A program made the translations under genes and the position numbers. A stretch of DNA of 64,000 nt from a virus (lineage: Duplodnaviria; Caudoviricetes), in the IMG/VR virus record IMGVR_UViG_3300028601_000023, positions 1-64,000 of that record. The stretch is one strand, 5' to 3'. A model generated the notes under the pieces. That model did no database searches, had not been told where the DNA came from, and saw only the letters and a list, made by a program, of their open reading frames with translations. Below, piece after piece: positions 58,946 through 64,000 of this stretch (positions are counted from its first letter, which is position 1; every line of letters begins with the position of its first letter).

Positions 58946-59329
58946 ATGAAAATTAGAACGGGATTTGTAAGTAATTCTAGTAGTTCCAGTTTTATTTGTG
59001 ATTATTGTGGAGACGTTGAGTCTGGTTATGATCTGTCTATGGAAGACGTAGAACACGCTCAATTTACTTGTGGTCATGAAGTTTGTCTGTCTCATATTCC
59101 AAATTCGATAAGAGAATCTGATGAATGGGAAGAAGCCTGGAGTGAAGAAGGTGGGTGGGATATGCCAGAAAAATGGTGCCCAATCTGTAACTTTGAAGTC
59201 ATTGATGATGCAACGGTTCTAGCTTTTATTTGTAAAGTATGTGATTTTGACCGAAACACAATTAAAAATGAAATTCGTGATAGGTTTAATAATATGAAAG
59301 AACTTCGTGAATTCCTTGGTGAAAAATGA
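58946..59329 (+). CDS. MKIRTGFVSNSSSSSF-motif protein with RING-like zinc ligands (paralog 2)
   Basis: CDYC...CGHEVCLSH...CPIC. Confidence 0.8.
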   Translation: MKIRTGFVSNSSSSSFICDYCGDVESGYDLSMEDVEHAQFTCGHEVCLSHIPNSIRESDEWEEAWSEEGGWDMPEKWCPICNFEVIDDATVLAFICKVCDFDRNTIKNEIRDRFNNMKELREFLGEK

Positions 59330-59468
59330 TATCCTGTACAGGATGCAAGTTTCTAATCTGGCGCAATAGAATTCCATATTGTCAGAATCAACTATCTAAC
59401 TATTATATGGTCCCGCTATTGAAGTACGAAGATCTTGTCGGACCAGGCTGTCGTTACAAGGAATAAGA

Positions 59469-60179
59469 ATGATTACACCATATGCTGATCATAAAGTCAT
59501 GAGAGATATGCTGAAATATTCTATTGACGATAAATCTCAAAATTGGGATACAATCTCAAACGGCATGTTAGATGTGGTTGCAAATCATGATCTGACTGCT
59601 GGTGATGTAGATTGGAAAGAGCTCATGGAAAACACTCTATACAAAAATATAACAAACAATGCGTGGATAACTTCGATTACTCCACCGTTTGATCCACCAC
59701 TTCAAGACTATCCAATATACACAAATTCAGAATCTTCATACAAAAAAGATTTTGAGATGAAGTTCTTAGTCAAAAAAGGTATTCCGATTCGAGTTCTATC
59801 TCTACAGATGAGTTCTGATCCGAAAGAAGAAATAAAGATTGAAGAAGATTCTATCTTCGACAGCAAAACAAATAAAGACAACCTTCTTCACTTAACAGAT
59901 GCTCTTTATATGTCCCCAGATACAAAGTATGGTCATTTTCGAGCAGTTCTAGACAATAGTCATTCAGAAATTGGATCACTGTTTCTCAGTTCTTTTGTTG
60001 CTGGCATCAATCACAAACTGAAGAATATTTGGAAGAGTTCTTTGTCTGTTCCGTTTATGCTGAATTATATAATTAAACGCGGTGAGATCGTTTTTGTTAG
60101 AACGTATCTGACAACTAAACACTTTATGTTCGTCAACTGTGCTAATGTAGAAATTGTTTTAGATGTTCCGGCATACTAA
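59469..60179 (+). CDS. Hypothetical protein
   Basis: 236-aa ORF with AAGGA SD. Confidence 0.7.
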   Translation: MITPYADHKVMRDMLKYSIDDKSQNWDTISNGMLDVVANHDLTAGDVDWKELMENTLYKNITNNAWITSITPPFDPPLQDYPIYTNSESSYKKDFEMKFLVKKGIPIRVLSLQMSSDPKEEIKIEEDSIFDSKTNKDNLLHLTDALYMSPDTKYGHFRAVLDNSHSEIGSLFLSSFVAGINHKLKNIWKSSLSVPFMLNYIIKRGEIVFVRTYLTTKHFMFVNCANVEIVLDVPAY

Positions 60180-60187
60180 AATTCTTG

Positions 60188-60216
60188 TTGACAGAACTCC
60201 AAGGTTTAGTTATTCT
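60188..60216 (+). promoter_or_regulatory. sigma70-type early promoter
   Basis: TTGACA-17-TATTCT. Confidence 0.8.
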
Positions 60217-60419
60217 AAACTTAATTGATCGGAAACAACTACCTCGGAGTTCCAGATGAGAAAAAATACTTACAAAAACGAGAATGAATTTGCTAAAATT
60301 GTTGCTCAGTCGATTGGAACGGTTCTTGCAGCTGGGTCCATTCTATTTTCAATGTGGTTTATCGTTTGTGTATTAGCATCTTTCAATAATCTGTTTTAAT
60401 TAACTAAAGGAGATCTCTC

Positions 60420-61040
60420 ATGTATTCACGTAGACTGACTAATGAAATTCGAGACATTACTAGAAACAATTGTTATAAGCATCTAGATGATGAGCGAGCA
60501 AAGAATCCTCTACAGATTGAACTCAATGAAAAAACTGATATTCTTGTAGAACGGTTCTTGAAACTTGTATATGAGCATTCAATGCCAGAAGAAGATTTTA
60601 AAGTCATCATGAAATATAAGAACCAATCAGAAGCATTGAGATTCTGGTTGAGAAAAAACACAGACGACACCAATAACGTCTTCTACGAGTTTTCTGCATG
60701 GGGAAAAACTATAATGATAGTAGCAATTCGAGTACCTCGGTTCGTATATTATGATTCTGCTGAAAAGATTATTAATATGACATATAAATCATTTGATAAA
60801 AAGTTTATTGCTGATATCTATGAACTCGCTTATATCCTGAAATGCGAGGAAGAGAAAGCAAAAGCCTCTATCAAAACTATTCTGCAGCGATTTAGTACTA
60901 CTGGAAAACTTGTAGAAGCATATCCTGAAATGGAAAAGTTTATTCCAGCACAATTCAAAACAAAAGAACCTAGATCAGATTCAAAAGGTCCAGCTGACCG
61001 TCTAGATCTTGATATTGATCTCCCTTCATTGTTGAACTGA
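60420..61040 (+). CDS. Hypothetical protein, possibly Nmad5-like
   Basis: C-terminal TTGKLVEAYPE resembles the T..L...WPE motif; weak. Confidence 0.45.
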   Translation: MYSRRLTNEIRDITRNNCYKHLDDERAKNPLQIELNEKTDILVERFLKLVYEHSMPEEDFKVIMKYKNQSEALRFWLRKNTDDTNNVFYEFSAWGKTIMIVAIRVPRFVYYDSAEKIINMTYKSFDKKFIADIYELAYILKCEEEKAKASIKTILQRFSTTGKLVEAYPEMEKFIPAQFKTKEPRSDSKGPADRLDLDIDLPSLLN

Positions 61041-61041
61041 T

Positions 61042-61347
61042 ATGTATAATATAACCGAGAAATGTGTGGTTTGTGGATCGCCTAATATAAAGATATTTCA
61101 AACAGAATATGGAACATCTATTCTATGTGAACGTTGCCATACAATTCTCGGCTATGATTGGATGATTCAGTTGCGGAACAAACTGGAACAGCTACAAGAA
61201 TACAAACGACAAGAGCAAGAGACACTTCAAAGATCTTTTATTGAACATCAAAAGAAACAATCTTTACAGCGTCGACTTCCAGATTCTATTGCACCAGACA
61301 GGAGAAAATCTGAACGACGAACTCCCGTTTATATCCTTCCATCATGA
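61042..61347 (+). CDS. Zinc-ribbon / coiled-coil hypothetical protein
   Basis: CVVCG...CERC. Confidence 0.65.
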   Translation: MYNITEKCVVCGSPNIKIFQTEYGTSILCERCHTILGYDWMIQLRNKLEQLQEYKRQEQETLQRSFIEHQKKQSLQRRLPDSIAPDRRKSERRTPVYILPS

Positions 61348-61352
61348 ATGAG

Positions 61353-61381
61353 TTGACAAGCATATCTTAAATAGTTATTCT
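61353..61381 (+). promoter_or_regulatory. sigma70-type early promoter
   Basis: TTGACA-17-TATTCT. Confidence 0.8.
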
Positions 61382-61417
61382 AATCATATCTTTTAAAACA
61401 AACCACGGAGTTTTGGA

Positions 61418-61879
61418 ATGGCCGATATTTTTAGATTCGAAGTTTTTGATAGAACTATTGGTAGACATAAAGGTGTATATTCTTACGACTATCTTTGGCG
61501 ATTAGAAGAACATGAGCATTCAACAGGAAGACCCGGGCCAATTTCTGATAAAGGACTAAATAAAAAATGGAATCCGTTCAAGAGAAAGAATTTTGTTGAT
61601 GACTATGATCTATTCTTTGGATTTGATACTATTGAGAAAATGATCAGATGGTTCTCTAATCGGGACGAACTTCAGATGATCTTTGGTCTTCAAGAAAGAG
61701 AAGGATACTTGAGAGGTTGTTTTTGTATCTATGAAGATATTGAGAAATTCTTTTCTTCCAGGTATCAAGCAGCATTCATCAAACCCAATTATGAACCAAA
61801 AAGAATCTATACTTTTGAAGAATATAATACTTTTTTAAAAACTGGAGATAGAAATGCCTGTTGTAGAATTCCTTGCTAG
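61418..61879 (+). CDS. Conserved phage hypothetical protein
   Basis: FRFE..G.Y, P.P..D, FGF.T......WF motifs; own promoter and SD. Confidence 0.7.
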   Translation: MADIFRFEVFDRTIGRHKGVYSYDYLWRLEEHEHSTGRPGPISDKGLNKKWNPFKRKNFVDDYDLFFGFDTIEKMIRWFSNRDELQMIFGLQEREGYLRGCFCIYEDIEKFFSSRYQAAFIKPNYEPKRIYTFEEYNTFLKTGDRNACCRIPC

Positions 61880-63011
61880 ATTTTCGGATAAAATGGAAGG
61901 TCTTGCAAAACTTGAAGAACTTTATGGAATCAAAGCCCGTGTCTATGATAATTTCTTTCTCTTGAACTATTCTCAAATCGACTCTCCGAAGATGGATCCA
62001 ATTGTTACTGAATGTCGAGGACTCATTCTTGACTGGGATCTTCATGTTCTACGCAGACCTTTTGATCGATTCTTTAACTATGGAGAAGCTGATACTGATA
62101 AGACTTTTGATTTCAATGGATCTATCTGTTATGAAAAAGTTGATGGATCTATTGTTCCAATTTGGTATAATGGATTTGATGGAGAATGGCGAGCAGGAAC
62201 TCGTGGAACCGCCTTTGCTGAAACAGAATGTGCATCTGGTAGATTATTTTCTGATCTGATCTTAGATACACTTGAATGTACTCCGCATTATTTGTTGGCG
62301 CGTGCTGAGAAATCATTACAGACTTCTTTGAATAATTATACTTTCATTTTTGAGTTGTGTACTCCAGAGAACAGAGTAGTTACAAGATATCCGGAATCTT
62401 TTATGGCTCTACTTGCTATTAGAAACAATGTGTCTGGAAGTTATAAGTCTCAGGGGTCTGTTGCATTTTTCAATAATCTGTTTGGACATATTCAGATGAC
62501 CGCTGGTGTTCCTATTTCTATTCGTCTGCCAAAGACATATGATATCTATGATATTGATTCGGCTAGGTTTTCAATGAAAGATCTTGACACTCTTGAAGAA
62601 GGATATGTATTCTATAATCCGAAGACTCAAGAACGAGTAAAAGTAAAGAACCCTTCTTATGTTGCTATCCATCATATTCGAGATAACGGCAACGTAAATC
62701 CGAGAAGGATCTGTGATCTCGTCTTTCTGAATGAGACTGATGAATATCTTCAGTACTTTCCAGAAGATTTCAAATTCTTTTCTCCTTGGATTGATGCTTA
62801 CAACAAATTTCATGAGACAGCTATCGAGATCTACGAAAAGAATAAGCATATAGAATCTCAGAAGGAATTTGCTCTACAAGTAAAAGATCTTCCATATTCT
62901 GGTCTATTATTTGGTATGAGACAAGGAAAAAGTTTTTCAGAGTGCATAAATCGGTTGCATTCCGATAAGAAAGTAGATATACTAAATTCATTCAAAGGAA
63001 ATGGAGAATAA
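61854..63011 (+). CDS. rnlA: RNA ligase 1 (T4 RnlA-like)
   Basis: ECRGLI, RPFDRFFNYGE, EKVDGS, FEL..PENRVV..Y, EGYV, KVKN..Y. Confidence 0.92.
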   Translation: MPVVEFLARFSDKMEGLAKLEELYGIKARVYDNFFLLNYSQIDSPKMDPIVTECRGLILDWDLHVLRRPFDRFFNYGEADTDKTFDFNGSICYEKVDGSIVPIWYNGFDGEWRAGTRGTAFAETECASGRLFSDLILDTLECTPHYLLARAEKSLQTSLNNYTFIFELCTPENRVVTRYPESFMALLAIRNNVSGSYKSQGSVAFFNNLFGHIQMTAGVPISIRLPKTYDIYDIDSARFSMKDLDTLEEGYVFYNPKTQERVKVKNPSYVAIHHIRDNGNVNPRRICDLVFLNETDEYLQYFPEDFKFFSPWIDAYNKFHETAIEIYEKNKHIESQKEFALQVKDLPYSGLLFGMRQGKSFSECINRLHSDKKVDILNSFKGNGE

Positions 63012-63164
63012 ATGAATAAAGAAATGATAGAACTTGTAGAAGAATTGAAAAGAGTATTTGAAGAGCAGAACAAAAGAATTCAGGATCTTGAGCAGATAGT
63101 TGTTCATCAGCAGGGGCAGTTGGATTTTCTAGAACGTAAATCTCATAAGGATACGGTACATTAG
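63012..63164 (+). CDS. 50-aa coiled-coil protein (not in the ORF track)
   Basis: GGAG SD; MNKEMIELVEELKRVFEEQ... Confidence 0.55.
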   Translation: MNKEMIELVEELKRVFEEQNKRIQDLEQIVVHQQGQLDFLERKSHKDTVH

Positions 63165-63287
63165 AATGACTGATGACATTATAATTGTAATTATTGCTTT
63201 CTTGGCTGGTGTTGCTGTGCACTTTAAAAAATATGATCAAGCTGTTTTTACTATACTTTTGTTTTTTTCTATTTTGGCGAAAATGTC

Positions 63288-63566
63288 ATGAAAATTCAGA
63301 TCTCTCCTTCTGGCGAGCTTGAGATCTTTCGGTCTCACGGATTCAAAACACAAAAATGTATCTTTACTGAAGCAAAATCCTGTGGAGACAGGTGCCCACA
63401 TTTCAGTGAACCTGTGGAAGTTTACAATGCTTCTGGAACAAAATCTATGTGTATTACTATATGTAATGGAAAGGACTTATTCTCAAAACTAGATGATTTC
63501 CAAGATCTTAGAACTAAACAGATATCTGAATACGATTATAACATTAAACTCCCAATAGAGGAATAG
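63288..63566 (+). CDS. Hypothetical protein
   Basis: C.F...CGDRCPHF motif. Confidence 0.65.
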   Translation: MKIQISPSGELEIFRSHGFKTQKCIFTEAKSCGDRCPHFSEPVEVYNASGTKSMCITICNGKDLFSKLDDFQDLRTKQISEYDYNIKLPIEE

Positions 63567-63569
63567 AGC

Positions 63570-64000
63570 ATGCAAGTAAACAAAATCCCCACTGGCTATC
63601 TCTGTGTCAACGAATATTCTAAAGGTCAGTTGGAATTTCTTTCGATTGGTGACTATGGAAAGTCAAAGAATATTAAAGCAGATTTTCTCGGATATTCTCG
63701 AGATCTCAATGGAGTTCCAAATGGCAGCATTGCTCCTCTCCAAGAGAAATGGGTGATCACACTGTCTACTCAGTATGGATGTTCTATGAAATGCAAATTC
63801 TGTGACTGCCCGTCTATTCCATTCAAAGGCAATGCTACTGTTGACGATCTGAAGAATCAACTTGTAGATGCTATTAATTTGTTCCCTGAAGTAAAGTATA
63901 CAGACCGGCTTAATATCCACCTAGCACGCTGTGGGGAACCGGTTGCCAACTTTCTTAAGGTTTTCAACTTTTGCAACTGGCTTGCTGATAAAAGAGCATT
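63570..64000 (+). CDS. RlmN/Cfr-family radical SAM enzyme, 3'-truncated by the window (not in the ORF track)
   Basis: Manual translation gives TLSTQYGCSMKCKFCD (CxxxCxxC) and LARCGEP (cf. MGMGEP). Confidence 0.85.
   Translation, partial: MQVNKIPTGYLCVNEYSKGQLEFLSIGDYGKSKNIKADFLGYSRDLNGVPNGSIAPLQEKWVITLSTQYGCSMKCKFCDCPSIPFKGNATVDDLKNQLVDAINLFPEVKYTDRLNIHLARCGEPVANFLKVFNFCNWLADKRA

Noticed and set aside
1-64000. tRNA/rRNA genes and stop-codon reassignment
   Set aside because: No cloverleaf or T-loop pattern seen in intergenic gaps by eye (tRNAscan-SE would confirm); core genes are full length in the standard code and all three stops are used.

Overview
A 64-kb segment of an AT-rich (roughly one-third GC by eye) T4-like myophage, distant from the enteric T-evens, with a diderm host implied by a two-component spanin. 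Bases 1-22.6k hold the late morphogenesis module: an inverted gp13-17 neck/terminase operon with spanins, then baseplate, tail, portal, protease, scaffold and capsid genes under T4-type late promoters (TATAAATA/GATAAATA). Bases 22.6-64k hold recombination, replication and accessory genes (uvsY, uvsW, gp55, gp47/46, gp45/44/62, gp43, uvsX, gp41, topoisomerase II, gp61, RNA-repair enzymes) under near-consensus sigma70 promoters. Main observations: (1) uvsX is split into two genes joined by a naturally split intein, with a frameshifted Vsr-like endonuclease gene between them whose RBS is locked in a 16-bp hairpin with a late promoter in the loop; (2) an intact IS605 element (tnpA + tnpB) lies between divergent late promoters, its tnpB has a leaderless phage late promoter nearly identical to that of the GIY-YIG homing endonuclease, and its predicted guide covers a late promoter; (3) a candidate late sRNA of about 75 nt has an anti-Shine-Dalgarno loop; (4) a 1.1-kb non-coding region carries repeated hairpins with a conserved loop (candidate origin); (5) also a gp67/68/22-like scaffold polyprotein, three proteins with T4 internal-protein-like targeting sequences, two RING-like MKIRTGFVSNSSSSSF paralogs, an RlmN-like radical SAM gene and a GC-rich imported segment. 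All family calls come from motif recognition and synteny; no database search was run.
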